Of a DNA stretch of 64,000 nucleotides, positions 36,169 through 48,419 are shown one piece after another. Under the pieces are notes generated by a model. The model saw only the letters and a list, made by a program, of their open reading frames with translations, searched no databases and was not told where the DNA came from. A program made the translations under genes and the position numbers. Source of the stretch: a virus. Numbering within the stretch: the first letter of the stretch is position 1; each line of letters starts with the position of its first letter. The stretch spans positions 1 to 64,000 of the IMG/VR virus record IMGVR_UViG_3300005253_000487. One strand, written 5' to 3'.

Positions 36169-38198
36169 TCCTTTACTGGCAGAACCACGTCGCGGCTTTT
36201 GTAGGTGCTCACCGTTACCTGACGGTGGGCATTTTCACACAACCCTTGCAACATGCTTCCGCGCTTGCAGCGACCACCGTTACACCTTCACCAGTGGTCC
36301 TGACGTTGGTGCCAGCAACTCCGACCTTGGTGGCGGGCGCTGTAACCGTTACGCCTAGTCCGGTTGTGGCTACCATCACCCCCGTCGCGCCCACGTTGGT
36401 CGCAGGGGAAGTAACGTTGCTACCTGATCCAGTCATTGCTTCGTTTGTTGTTGGTATACCCACGTTGGTGGCGGGGGAAGCAACACTCTTACCTAATGCC
36501 GTCGTGGCCGCATTTGTTGTTGCCTCGCCCATCGTTACCAACGCGCAGACGATTAATCCCAGCGCCGTCATCGCAACCTTTGCGATAGGAGCACCAACGT
36601 TGGTGGCGGGAGTAGCAACGCTGACGCCGAGTGCTGTCGTGACTACGTTTGTAATTGCGGCACCCATATTAGTAGCGGGAGTAGTAACGTTGACACCTGA
36701 TGCTCTGGTTGCTACGTTTGCAATCGCAGCACCTACGTTGACCCCAGGTGTAGTGACGTTGACGCCCGATGCTGTGATTGCGACATTCGTAGTCACTGTG
36801 CCCACGGCTGTCTTTATCCAGTCACCCAGTCCAGTGATAGCAACGTTTGTTGTGGTGACACCGGCTATACTCACAGGTGGTGCGCTAACACCTAATGTGG
36901 TGGTCGCGTCATTCGTAATTACTGCGCCCACGACTATCTTTATTCAGACGCCTAGTCCAATCATTGCCACGTTTGCGCTAGCAGCACCTACTCTTGTTCC
37001 TGGAGGCATTACAGTTACACCGGATGCAGTGATCATAACACTTGTGATAGGGGTGCCAACTCTTGTTGTGGGGACTGTAACAATGGCACCGAACGCCGTG
37101 GTGGCCACGTTTGCGTTTGTGCCGCCCACCGTCCTCCTAGGTCAAACTGTAACGCCAGGCACCGTAGTCACAACATTCGCGCTCGCTACTCCGACGATGG
37201 TGGCAGGTCCCGTAACAATGATGCCCGCTGCGGTGGCCACTACGTTTGCTGTTGCAGGGCCAACACTCGCTGTAGGAGCAGTGACGTTGACGCCAAGTGC
37301 CATTGTGACAACGTTTGTGGTGCTTGCGCCTACTACAATCTTCATCCAACAACCTAGTGCCATTGTAATGACGTTTGCTATTACAGCGCCAGCATTGATA
37401 GCAGGTGAAGCCACGCTGTTACCCGATGCTGTAATAGTCACATTCGTTATCGCTGTACCGCAGCTCCGGGAGACGGTGAAACCCAGCGTCGTTGTTGCGA
37501 CGTGGTTTGTTGCTGCACCTACTACAGTGCTTGGAACAGCACTTACCCCTTCCGTTGTGTCTGCCACACTTGCCATCACTGCTCCCGCTTTAGTGGCGGG
37601 AGCAGTGACGTTGACGCCCAATGCAGCGATTGCGCCTTTTCCCATTGTCACCCCATAACCCTTTGTTGATTTTACCGCCACACCTTCGCCCGTGCTAGCG
37701 AGCTTCACTGTAGCATCCCCAACATTGGCGCTCGGTGCGGTAACACTCACACCCACACCCGTGTCAGCGGTATTTGCAGTCACCTCCCCCACGCCTAAAG
37801 TTACAACAACCCCGGGCACAGTGATTACGCGTTTTGTTGTCACAACACCAATTGCCCGTCTTACAGTAAAGCCCGCGGCGGTGGTAGCAACGTGGACGGT
37901 AGCAAGTCCGACATTGGTGCCCGGAGGGGCGACACTATCCCCGGGTGCTGTGGTCATGCGTCTTGTGGTCACGACGCCTACGTTAGTATATCATATCATT
38001 ATCTTTGGAGGTGTAGCTGCCGCTGTTCCTTGTTTCGGTGGGAGTGTGGCAGTATCGGCGGCCTGCTTTGGGGGTAATGTGTTAGAGGCGGTGGCCTGCT
38101 TCGGCGGTAGTGTGGCAGTATCGGCAGCCGTAGAGGGGGGTGGAGTGGCGGCATCTGCCGGCGTACAAGGTGGTGGTGTAGCGGTGCCAGAACCTTAG
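36165..38198 (+). CDS. Thr/Val/Ala/Pro ~21-aa repeat protein, interrupted by in-frame TAA at 37656-37658
   Basis: TLTPxAVVATFxxxAPTLVAG repeats continue in the same frame on both sides of the stop. Confidence 0.7.
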
Positions 38199-38207
38199 GA
38201 GAGGTTG

Positions 38208-38522
38208 ATGACTATATATCGTACTAATGACACCAATTTAGTTACCGATGTGCTGACGGACCCGGCTGGCGATCCTATCACCGTTGGTACGGTGAACGCC
38301 GAAGTTTTCAATGAGGCGGGAACGGAGAGCTTGATTGCTAGTGCAGCGATGGTGCATGACGCGGGCGGGGTGTGGAAGAGGAAGTTGGAAGCGGACGTGG
38401 TTGATACCATACCCGTAGGCACCAAGCGTGTTCTTGTTCGGGTCACCGTTGGGAGCCCAGTAGACGCCACGTTTGAACGTATCGAACAGGTGCGTGACAG
38501 ACGTGCAGCAGAAGTGGTATAG
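38208..38522 (+). CDS. Hypothetical structural protein
   Basis: GGAGAGG RBS. Confidence 0.55.
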   Translation: MTIYRTNDTNLVTDVLTDPAGDPITVGTVNAEVFNEAGTESLIASAAMVHDAGGVWKRKLEADVVDTIPVGTKRVLVRVTVGSPVDATFERIEQVRDRRAAEVV

Positions 38523-38634
38523 CTTTAACGAAGGGACATTGGACAATCCCTACGACTTGCACAGTAGGCACGTATCATACTATGTTCACGTCCTGGGCGT
38601 AGTTAAACGATAGGACAGCCTGCCAACTCCTTGA

Positions 38635-40514
<1,880 letters not shown>

Positions 40515-40515
<1 letters not shown>

Positions 40516-40973
40516 TGCCGAACACCATCCTGGTGAAAGGCGATTTGGTTGCGAAGGAGGCGGAGGCGTCCAGCGCCATCACCCCGGGCGACCTTGTGGA
40601 GTACGGGGGCGTCAATGACCTGCAGACGCACGGCACAGCGGGTGGGCCGGCGCGTAAGGCATTCGCCCTCGAGAACGATCTTGTCGGTAAGGGCGTCGGC
40701 CTCACGGGCGACGACTATGCGGCCGGTGAGACCGTGCGGTACGGGATTCCTCAGCCTGGCGCGGAGGTCAACGCCATCCTGAACTACCCCGAGAATGTAA
40801 CCAAGGGTGATCCCTTGGTCAGTGGAGGCGACGGCGGACTGGTTGCCTTCATCGAGTCCACCCACGAAGCGGGTGTCATTGTGGCATACGCGGCGGAAGA
40901 CAAAGACAATTCGGCCGGTGGTGCGGCGGTTCGCATCATTGCTGAAGGAGCGGAGGCGGAAGGGGGATCTGTC
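40515..40973 (+). CDS. Capsid decoration/cement protein (no stop; in frame with MCP)
   Basis: AITPGDLVE...FALEND...YAAGETV...GDPLVSGGDG; position between scaffold and MCP. Confidence 0.7.
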
Positions 40974-41966
40974 ATGGAACAACAGTTTAGACTAGTTGGC
41001 GCAGAGGATCTGCTCGCTCGAGGCGTAACTAACCTCGCACAGCTACGGCCGATCCTTGCAGCAAACGCCGATCCGCTTCAAGTCCATAACGCTACCCTGC
41101 GGAAGGACGAGTGGGAACAGATCGACGAGCGGGTCAATCAGGTGATGCGGGAACGCCTCACCGTCGCAGACGACCTGCGCGCCAAGGGGCTTGTGACGCC
41201 TGTTGGCTTGGGCACCACGTTGCGTGTAACGGAGCGGTTGGAAGACTTCGAAGACGCGGACGTTTCCTACGATGGCGACACAGCACCGACGAAGGACCGT
41301 CCCAGTTTCCTGCGGGACACCATCCCGGTGCCTGTTGTGTCGAAGGACTTCTCAGTCAGTTGGAGGCAACTCGAAGCGTCTCGCACGCGTGGAGAGCCTC
41401 TCGACACCACGGCCGCAGGTCTTGCGACCCGCAAGGTGCGGGATAAGTTGCAGGACTTGATCGTGAACGGGTTTGGACACGGACCGGACGGGTCCACCAT
41501 CCCCGGGCTTGCTAACGCGGCCAATAGGCAACAGGTGTCGTTGACCATCGATTGGGACGCGTCGGGCGCAACGATCATCGCCGATGTACTGCGGATGTTG
41601 GAAGCAGCATACGCGGTCAGCCTCTTCGGACCCTTCACCCTGTACGTACCCAAGAACTACTGGGCGACGTTGCAGGATGACTACAGTACGGACAAGGGTG
41701 AGAAGACGTTCATCCAGCGCATCCTGGCTTTCGAAGATATCGAAGCCGTGCGGCCGCTGGACACGTTGGCGGATGACAACGTGATCATGGTGCAGATGAC
41801 CGAGGACGTGATCGACTTGTCCGAGGCGCAGTCCATCACCACCGTGCAGTGGGAGAAGAACCCGTTCGTAACGATGTTCCGGGTTCTGATGGTTGGAGGT
41901 CCGCACATCAAGTCGATCGAGAACGAAGCGGGCACCACCATTCATGGAATTATACATCTTTCGTAA
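40974..41966 (+). CDS. Major capsid protein (HK97 fold, Linocin_M18/encapsulin-like family)
   Basis: Own AAGGGGG RBS; LRKDEWEQID, PVPVVSKDFSVSWRQLEASR..G.PLDT. Confidence 0.88.
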   Translation: MEQQFRLVGAEDLLARGVTNLAQLRPILAANADPLQVHNATLRKDEWEQIDERVNQVMRERLTVADDLRAKGLVTPVGLGTTLRVTERLEDFEDADVSYDGDTAPTKDRPSFLRDTIPVPVVSKDFSVSWRQLEASRTRGEPLDTTAAGLATRKVRDKLQDLIVNGFGHGPDGSTIPGLANAANRQQVSLTIDWDASGATIIADVLRMLEAAYAVSLFGPFTLYVPKNYWATLQDDYSTDKGEKTFIQRILAFEDIEAVRPLDTLADDNVIMVQMTEDVIDLSEAQSITTVQWEKNPFVTMFRVLMVGGPHIKSIENEAGTTIHGIIHLS

Positions 41967-41977
41967 ACGGGCGGACG

Positions 41978-42322
41978 ATGCCGCGGTATAAGAACATTGG
42001 GCATTCCTTGTGGCGGCGGCCGACTGGTGAGGCGGTCCCGCCTGGGGGAACCTTTGAGGCAACACCCCGAGAGCACCAACGGATTAAACGCCGTGGGTAT
42101 CACGGGCGATTGCAGCGGGTGGAGGATGTACCCGCTGCCTCCTCAAGTGGTAGTGACAAGCCCACAGATCAATCACCTGCTACAAGCTCCGCTGCCAAAG
42201 AGTTGCGCGCCGAGTGGACGTTGCGTATGGAGCCCGCAAAGTATTTGAAGTTGCACGGCAGCGGAGGACATGCACCACTCGCCCGGCAGATCGTGGCCGC
42301 GGAGGAAGAGGGCGCCTCATGA
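41978..42322 (+). CDS. Hypothetical protein, paralog A
   Basis: YKN.G...W.L.M.P..YLKLH..G.HA.LAR. Confidence 0.65.
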   Translation: MPRYKNIGHSLWRRPTGEAVPPGGTFEATPREHQRIKRRGYHGRLQRVEDVPAASSSGSDKPTDQSPATSSAAKELRAEWTLRMEPAKYLKLHGSGGHAPLARQIVAAEEEGAS

Positions 42323-42657
42323 CGCTATACCGGAATCGAGGCGCCCGCTTCCCGCGGGATGATGAACAAGGTCATTGGGAGACGGACGCTGTGCACGAGC
42401 CCACGGAACATGAGTTGCGGACGCGTGCGCACAAATTGGTTGCCGTCTCCGCACTGGACCCCGAGTATGTAGAATCAGTATCGGCAACACTCGCAGAGGA
42501 GGTTATTGATCCCTCAACGGGGCTTGCCGAATGGCCTATACAGATGCGCCCGGAGATGTATGTGCGTCTGCATCCTGAAGGCAAACATGCTGACCTTGCT
42601 CGTGCCCACGTGGCGCAGGCTGAGGAGGATGCAGACCCTGATGCCGAGGACATCTGA
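42319..42657 (+). CDS. Hypothetical protein, paralog B
   Basis: YRN.G...W.I.M.P..YVRLH..G.HA.LAR. Confidence 0.65.
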   Translation: MTLYRNRGARFPRDDEQGHWETDAVHEPTEHELRTRAHKLVAVSALDPEYVESVSATLAEEVIDPSTGLAEWPIQMRPEMYVRLHPEGKHADLARAHVAQAEEDADPDAEDI

Positions 42658-43042
42658 GACAGCCGTCAAGGCTGTAATATCCACGTCGTTGACCACGACG
42701 CAGGTTGAACAGTTTATCGGTGACGCCTCGTTGTGGGTGGATGAGGAGTTAACCTCCTCGGGCCTATCCGCAGGACGCCTGGAGTTGATTGAACGCTACT
42801 TGACCTGTGCGCTCATACGTCTACGTGACCTTGGGTTGACGCAAGCCAAGTTCGATGACATCACTGAGCACTATCAGGTGGACAAAGAAGTCACGGACTA
42901 CCTGTTACGTGCTGCGGCAATGGATCCTACAGGTACAGTGCGCCGCTACTTCATGGCGCCCGCAGATGTGCGCCCAGTGCAGTACCGCGTAGCCACACGC
43001 TTCGTGGACGACACGGCCACTAGCCCGGCAGATGATGTATGA
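42641..43042 (+). CDS. Head-tail adaptor
   Basis: Size, position, IERYL...DPTG. Confidence 0.65.
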   Translation: MPRTSETAVKAVISTSLTTTQVEQFIGDASLWVDEELTSSGLSAGRLELIERYLTCALIRLRDLGLTQAKFDDITEHYQVDKEVTDYLLRAAAMDPTGTVRRYFMAPADVRPVQYRVATRFVDDTATSPADDV

Positions 43043-43368
43043 GTGTCCTACTCAGTCGGCACGCGACACTGGAAACAGTGGGTGTAGAAGCACGCTCCGG
43101 TGTTGATGGGGAAGGTGCGCCTAATTACGCTGCTTCCGTAGACATAAAGTCACGTGTCACTCGATCGGAGAAAGTAGTTCTTAACGAAGAGGGCACGGAG
43201 GTCCGCACGGTGTTGAATGTGTGGACGCCCTCAACGTCAGACACACTACCCGGACGTAAGGCTCGTCTAACGTTTGGTGGTGAGAAATTCATTGTCGTTG
43301 ACCTAAAGGATGTGAAGGGGCTTGATGCCACTGCTGAACACCGACGCGTGCGTTGTCGCCGCGAATAA
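43039..43368 (+). CDS. Head closure protein
   Basis: Size, beta-rich, position. Confidence 0.6.
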   Translation: MSVLLSRHATLETVGVEARSGVDGEGAPNYAASVDIKSRVTRSEKVVLNEEGTEVRTVLNVWTPSTSDTLPGRKARLTFGGEKFIVVDLKDVKGLDATAEHRRVRCRRE

Positions 43369-43618
43369 CCTTGGGGGTGTAGGTGGGCACAGAGCAATGG
43401 ATGGTGGTCGCGGTGCTTTTCGGTCCTTTGGTTGGGGCGGGCATAGGAACATTCTTTGGGTTACGTGGGGCCATTAACGGTCTTGCACAACGTTCGAAGC
43501 GGATGGAAGGGACGTTGGTTGAGGTGCGTGACTACACGCGCGACACGTCCAGGTTGCTGGAAGGAACACTTGGTAAGCAAGTCGGTGAAATCCATACGGA
43601 GGTCACGCGGGGTGACTA

Positions 43619-44092
43619 GTGGCTAGAGGTGCCCAGAAGACGCGCAAGAGTTTTAAGGCTGCCGCAAAGCAGATTGAGAAACTGCGAAAGAACCTTGGGA
43701 AGAGAATGGCCTCGGGTCTTAGACTCATTGGTGAAGAGATCATGTTGGATGTGAAAGCTTCTCGGCCGGGCGCTGGAGTACCAGTGGACAAAGGACCATT
43801 GCGTGCAAGCGGTAGAGTGGAAGGTCCGGTGGCGGATCAAGTGTTCTTGGACTTTGGGGGCAGTGCGGCGCCTTACGCTGTGGTGCAGCATGAAGATACA
43901 ACGTTGCAGCATAGCGTTGGTGAACCGCGCTATTTGGTACGAGGCATTGAACGGTGGAAGAGAAATGGGGAGAGTGTGCGGCGGGCAATGGCTCATTTGA
44001 AAGTGGCCGTAGACCGGGTGGCTAAGGGGCAGCGTGCATCCACGCGTGGTGTGGGTATAGGAAGTGTGCGGCGAAGAGGAAGGGTGCGTTAA
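43619..44092 (+). CDS. HK97 gp10-like neck protein
   Basis: VPVDKGPLRASG...PYAVVQHE. Confidence 0.75.
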   Translation: MARGAQKTRKSFKAAAKQIEKLRKNLGKRMASGLRLIGEEIMLDVKASRPGAGVPVDKGPLRASGRVEGPVADQVFLDFGGSAAPYAVVQHEDTTLQHSVGEPRYLVRGIERWKRNGESVRRAMAHLKVAVDRVAKGQRASTRGVGIGSVRRRGRVR

Positions 44093-44511
44093 TGGGTGCC
44101 GTCGTTGATGTCTATCAACATCTCATCACCCAGGGACATGCGGAAGGTTCTACAGGCTGGGACATTGTGAAGCGGATGTTGTCGGATGTGGATGTCAATG
44201 ATCAATTGATCGTTGTGACAGATGATGGGGGGGCACTTCCGGAGATTAAAGAAATCTTAGGCATTGGTGACAGTGCCTTGCATGATATTGGTGTGTTGGT
44301 GTTGGTGCGTGGTGCACCCTTCAAGGGTGATGCAAATTTGACGAAAGCATTGGACATCTTTATTGAGTTACACGGTAAGCGCGACGTGACGTTGAACGGA
44401 ACGCAGTACATGCGGATTAAGGCCATGACGCCTGAGCCTATCTTTATTGGCTTTGACGATAAGAATCGTCCGCGCCATACGACAGGCTATATGCTATTGG
44501 TAGACGCATGA
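44092..44511 (+). CDS. Tail terminator/completion protein
   Basis: VLVRG...PIFIGFDDKNRP; position. Confidence 0.65.
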   Translation: MGAVVDVYQHLITQGHAEGSTGWDIVKRMLSDVDVNDQLIVVTDDGGALPEIKEILGIGDSALHDIGVLVLVRGAPFKGDANLTKALDIFIELHGKRDVTLNGTQYMRIKAMTPEPIFIGFDDKNRPRHTTGYMLLVDA

Positions 44512-44546
44512 GAAACCATTCAGGTAGGAGGAGGGGGTAAAGTAAA

Positions 44547-44975
44547 ATGCCAAAATATCTTCCGCACGGCACTACGTTCAGCATCGGGAGCAAGTTGGTG
44601 GGGGGCCTTATTTCCATCGGCGTTCCCGATCGCTCGCGCGGAGAGGCAGAAACAACGGACACCGATTCTGCAGGGGACCGGGAGTGGATAGCCGGTCTAA
44701 GAGAAGGCGGCGGTGTGGAGTTGACATTTCGGCACGATCCGGATGACGTTGGTCAGCTTCAATTGGAAACCAACTTCAATGCGTCTGTGGCTGCATCGAA
44801 GGAAGAGTGTATCATCACCCTACCGGAGGTGGCTACTGCGGCGTCGGGATCGCGCACGTACACCTTCGACGGTTTCGTAACCCAGCCGCCAACCGGTGAC
44901 TTGGGTCTAGCGGATGATGACGCGGCCGAGCAGACAGCGGTTATCAAGCTGTCTGATAAAGTCACCATCGCATAA
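44547..44975 (+). CDS. Major tail tube protein
   Basis: ETTDTDS..DREWIAGLREGG...YTFDGFVT. Confidence 0.85.
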   Translation: MPKYLPHGTTFSIGSKLVGGLISIGVPDRSRGEAETTDTDSAGDREWIAGLREGGGVELTFRHDPDDVGQLQLETNFNASVAASKEECIITLPEVATAASGSRTYTFDGFVTQPPTGDLGLADDDAAEQTAVIKLSDKVTIA

Positions 44976-45003
44976 GTGAAAGGGAAGAAAGGAAAGGCTT
45001 AGG

Positions 45004-45447
45004 ATGAGTAAGGTAACGCAGTCTACGCCAACCCCAACCCCAACCCCAACCCCAACCAGGGGTGTAGTGATCGTCCTTGATAAGGAGCGCAGGTTACGCT
45101 ACTCGTTGGGCACTATTAGAAAGATGCGCGAGGAGTTTGGCGATAACGTCCTCGAATCAGGTTTACCCCACGACGCTATAGGCAAGCTGTTGTGGTTTGG
45201 ACTTGTCCATGACGATGAGAACCTCACGCCTGGAGATGTAGAAGAGCTTGTGGATCTCGAACACCTGGATGAGATCATGAAGGCTGTGACTAAGGCGACG
45301 GGGGGGCGGTCTCGAATTGAATTGATCGAGGCGGGTACGAAGTTGAGTCCCGCCCCCCCTCCTCAGCAGCCCGTAGCCAAGACGACGGAGGCTACGGGCG
45401 AGGAGACGAAGGACGAGGAAGTGACAGTGTCGACGCCGCAGAGCTGA
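45004..45447 (+). CDS. Tail assembly chaperone (G)
   Basis: Between tail tube and tape measure; LDKERRLRY. Confidence 0.75.
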   Translation: MSKVTQSTPTPTPTPTPTRGVVIVLDKERRLRYSLGTIRKMREEFGDNVLESGLPHDAIGKLLWFGLVHDDENLTPGDVEELVDLEHLDEIMKAVTKATGGRSRIELIEAGTKLSPAPPPQQPVAKTTEATGEETKDEEVTVSTPQS

Positions 45448-45758
45448 AGTGGTGGGCCGGAGCAATGGCTTGCGGCATTTCTGATGCATTGTATTGGAGT
45501 CTGACACGTGAAGAATTGGTGGCAGTGCTTAAGGTTCACGCGGCACGGGAAAGGTCTGCAAATCTGCGGGCGGGTTTGGTTGCGGCTACAATTTGTAATA
45601 CGAACCCGTATAGGAAGAAGGGTGCAAGGCGCATACAGCCTGGAGACTTCTTCCGTTCTGCAAAACGGGAACACATGTCTGTAGCAGAAGCACAGAAGTT
45701 CATGAATGGATGGGCTAGCACTATTAACAAAGACGCCGCTGCTCAAGGGGGCAAATGA
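45354..45758 (+). CDS. Tail chaperone -1 frameshift extension (GT)
   Basis: C CCC CCT heptamer at 45354-45360; -1 frame open to 45758 with YWSLT.EE. Confidence 0.65.
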   Translation, partial: PPSSAARSQDDGGYGRGDEGRGSDSVDAAELKWWAGAMACGISDALYWSLTREELVAVLKVHAARERSANLRAGLVAATICNTNPYRKKGARRIQPGDFFRSAKREHMSVAEAQKFMNGWASTINKDAAAQGGK

Positions 45759-48412
45759 CTGTTCTTGCAGTAGCCCGTATCGTTCTTACGGGAGACACGA
45801 TTGCGTTAACCAAATCGCTCCATGGTGCGTCGGCAGCCATGGAGCAAGCTGGACGGCGCATGACGAAGATTGGCAAGAGCTTAACTACTAAAGTCACGCT
45901 GCCTATTATAGCGATCGGTGGCGTGAGTGTGAAGATGGCTGCAACCTTCGACGCCTCCATGCGAAAGATTGTAGGTCTGGTGGGTGTGCAAAGGGATGTT
46001 GTGGATGGGTGGCGCGATGACGTCCGAAAGTTGGCCGTGCAGTATGGCTCTTCTGCTAATGAAGCAGCGGAAGCGTTGTTCTTCATCACCTCCGCAGGCT
46101 TGCGTGGCTCCGATGCAATGGAAGCCCTCGAGGCGTCACTGAAGGGCACGGCGGCGGGCATGGGGCAGACGGCAACATTGGCGGATGCTGCCACCTCGGC
46201 AATGAACGCGTATGGTGCTGCCAACGTAAGCGCGGAACGGGCGGTGGAGATCCTCACCGCTGCCGTGCGGGCTGGTAAGCTAGAGACGGCCGCGTTGGCG
46301 CCTGTCATTGGTAGATTGTTGCCTACAGCATCTGCCATGAAGATTGGCTTCGCAGAGATTGCGGGCATTTTGGCCGTATTCTCCCGTACCGGTTTGCAGG
46401 CGGCGGAGGGTGCGACGTCTTTGAATAGTGTTATGACAACACTACTCAAACCTAGTCAGTTGGCGACGGAAGCGTTGGCGGAAGTTGGGCTTACGATGGC
46501 GCAACTCCGTGAGACGGCCGCAGGTCCGCAGGGTCTTATTGGAGTGATGCGGTTGTTGGCTGATACGTTTGCGGATGATGATGAGAAGTTGACTGCCATT
46601 ATTCCAAACATTCGTGCGTTCCGTGGCGTGATGAATGTGTTGGCGCAAGATGCAGACATCGTTGATCAAGTGATGTCTGATGTAGCAAACTCCCAGGGTA
46701 TCTTGTCAGAGGCGTTCATCGCATCCATGGGCCCACTCTTCCGGATGAGGCGGGCGTGGGAACAGTTTAAGGAACTCCTACTCAGTGTAGGCTTTGCAAT
46801 CATTCCCGTCATCGTGCCCATCTTTGTAAAGATGGGGAAGGCGTTTGATGTGGTGGCGCATGAGATAGGGAATATGTCTACGACCACCAAGACGGCCGGT
46901 GTGGCCTTAGTAGGGGCGGCTGCCGCCATAGGTCCCGTCCTTGTTGGTCTGGGGTCTGCCGTGTTGGTGATGAAAGCGTTGGGTGTTGCAACGTTGACAG
47001 TGACGACTAGGTTGTTTGGGCTTAGCGCGGTAATGGGAGCAGGTAGTATACTACTCGTTGCTCTTGGCTTGACGGCGGCGGCGATGCTGAAAGTTAAACT
47101 TGCTGCTATTGAAATGGAAGCGTCAACGTTGCGTGCCACTGATAGCATAAAAGCGGGTTTCGCTGATTTAGAACCGGAGGCTGCGGCGCGTAAGGTCGCA
47201 CGCCTTAACATGGTCATAAAGACGATGGAAGGCGATGTAGACAATCTACGCACCCAGGCTGTGATGGCGCAGGCTGCGATGGTGGGTGTAGCGGATGCAA
47301 CAGCAACACAGGCTACCCCGGCGTTTCGTGAGAGTGCAGACTCTTTGCTTGCGGAGGCGGATGCGATAGAAGAAACTATTGCTAGGACGAAAGCGTTTCG
47401 TACTGCATTGCAGGCGGTGGCAAACACAGCGGTTGAGACGGCGAAGGTAGTTGATAAAGGGGCAGGTGGTGGTACTGCACCCGCCGCTTGGATGGTGGCT
47501 GCGAAAGAAGCTATGGAGCTGTTGTCAGCCTCATTACGTGAAACGGTGGTGTTGAATGAGTTGATGGGTGAGAGTTTTGATCTACCCGCTGCACAGGCTG
47601 AGGCCTACGAAGCGGCTATCGTGTCTATGGTTGAGGCAGGTGTGGACCTTGACGTGGCGGTTGGCCAGAATGGAGAAAACCTCCGAGTACTGACTGAACG
47701 TTATTTGGTATTGGCGGCGGGCGTGGACGAGGCAGAAAAGAAGACGAACGCGTTGACGGCAGCACAGGAAGACGCGAAGCGTATTATTGAAGGCATCCGC
47801 ACGCCGACAGAACAGTACGATGCGACGGTAGCAAATCTGCAAAAACACTTGGATGCAACACTGCTCACGCAAGTAGAATTCGATCGGGCGGTAGGGTTGG
47901 CAAAGACTACGTTGGCGGAGGCAACGGCAAGTGGGCTTGAATGGGGTGAGACAATGGAGCGCGCGAGTGCGCATGCATTGGACAGCTTTATTCAGTTCGC
48001 AACGACAGCCGGTGGTGAGTTTAGCGACTTTGTGAACGGGGTTATCCGAGACCTTGTACGTATGGCTGCTAAGATGGCCATTACAGGCGCCTTCAAAAGC
48101 CTTACGGCGAGCCCAATACCCGAGCTGGCGCACGGTGGGTTCCTCCCTGGAGGTAGCCTAGGGTTGGTGGGGGAGCAGGGCCCGGAGTTGGTGCAAGCGG
48201 GGAGGCAAGGGGTGACGGTGCAACCGATGAGTGGCTTGGTGGCGGCAGGAGCGGCGGACACGGGCGGTAACATTCGATTGGCGGTGACAATCCAGGCCAA
48301 TGATGCTAAGAGCTTTAAGGAGATGGTTGAAGCGCATCCGGATGTTGTCACAGCGCCTGTGATGCAGGCGCTTGCGCGTGGCCAAAATCTACGAAGACGT
48401 CTACAAGGGTGA
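45755..48412 (+). CDS. Tape measure protein (TP901 family)
   Basis: 885 aa Ala-rich; TLPIIAIG, EAAEALFFITSAG, C-terminal VGEQGPEL. Confidence 0.92.
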   Translation: MTVLAVARIVLTGDTIALTKSLHGASAAMEQAGRRMTKIGKSLTTKVTLPIIAIGGVSVKMAATFDASMRKIVGLVGVQRDVVDGWRDDVRKLAVQYGSSANEAAEALFFITSAGLRGSDAMEALEASLKGTAAGMGQTATLADAATSAMNAYGAANVSAERAVEILTAAVRAGKLETAALAPVIGRLLPTASAMKIGFAEIAGILAVFSRTGLQAAEGATSLNSVMTTLLKPSQLATEALAEVGLTMAQLRETAAGPQGLIGVMRLLADTFADDDEKLTAIIPNIRAFRGVMNVLAQDADIVDQVMSDVANSQGILSEAFIASMGPLFRMRRAWEQFKELLLSVGFAIIPVIVPIFVKMGKAFDVVAHEIGNMSTTTKTAGVALVGAAAAIGPVLVGLGSAVLVMKALGVATLTVTTRLFGLSAVMGAGSILLVALGLTAAAMLKVKLAAIEMEASTLRATDSIKAGFADLEPEAAARKVARLNMVIKTMEGDVDNLRTQAVMAQAAMVGVADATATQATPAFRESADSLLAEADAIEETIARTKAFRTALQAVANTAVETAKVVDKGAGGGTAPAAWMVAAKEAMELLSASLRETVVLNELMGESFDLPAAQAEAYEAAIVSMVEAGVDLDVAVGQNGENLRVLTERYLVLAAGVDEAEKKTNALTAAQEDAKRIIEGIRTPTEQYDATVANLQKHLDATLLTQVEFDRAVGLAKTTLAEATASGLEWGETMERASAHALDSFIQFATTAGGEFSDFVNGVIRDLVRMAAKMAITGAFKSLTASPIPELAHGGFLPGGSLGLVGEQGPELVQAGRQGVTVQPMSGLVAAGAADTGGNIRLAVTIQANDAKSFKEMVEAHPDVVTAPVMQALARGQNLRRRLQG

Positions 48413-48419
48413 TGCTTAG

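Noticed and set aside
36215-37972. Long antisense ORFs over the repeat gene, and similar shadows over the tape measure, portal and capsid genes
   Set aside because: Expected shadow ORFs from biased codon use in GC-rich DNA; no RBS or motifs
40974-41966. Encapsulin nanocompartment or bacteriocin
   Set aside because: Context (protease/scaffold, decoration and head-tail genes) shows it is the phage major capsid protein
45028-45058. (CCAACC)n microsatellite
   Set aside because: In-frame hexamer encoding a PT linker; length change would not shift the frame, so it is not a phase-variation switch
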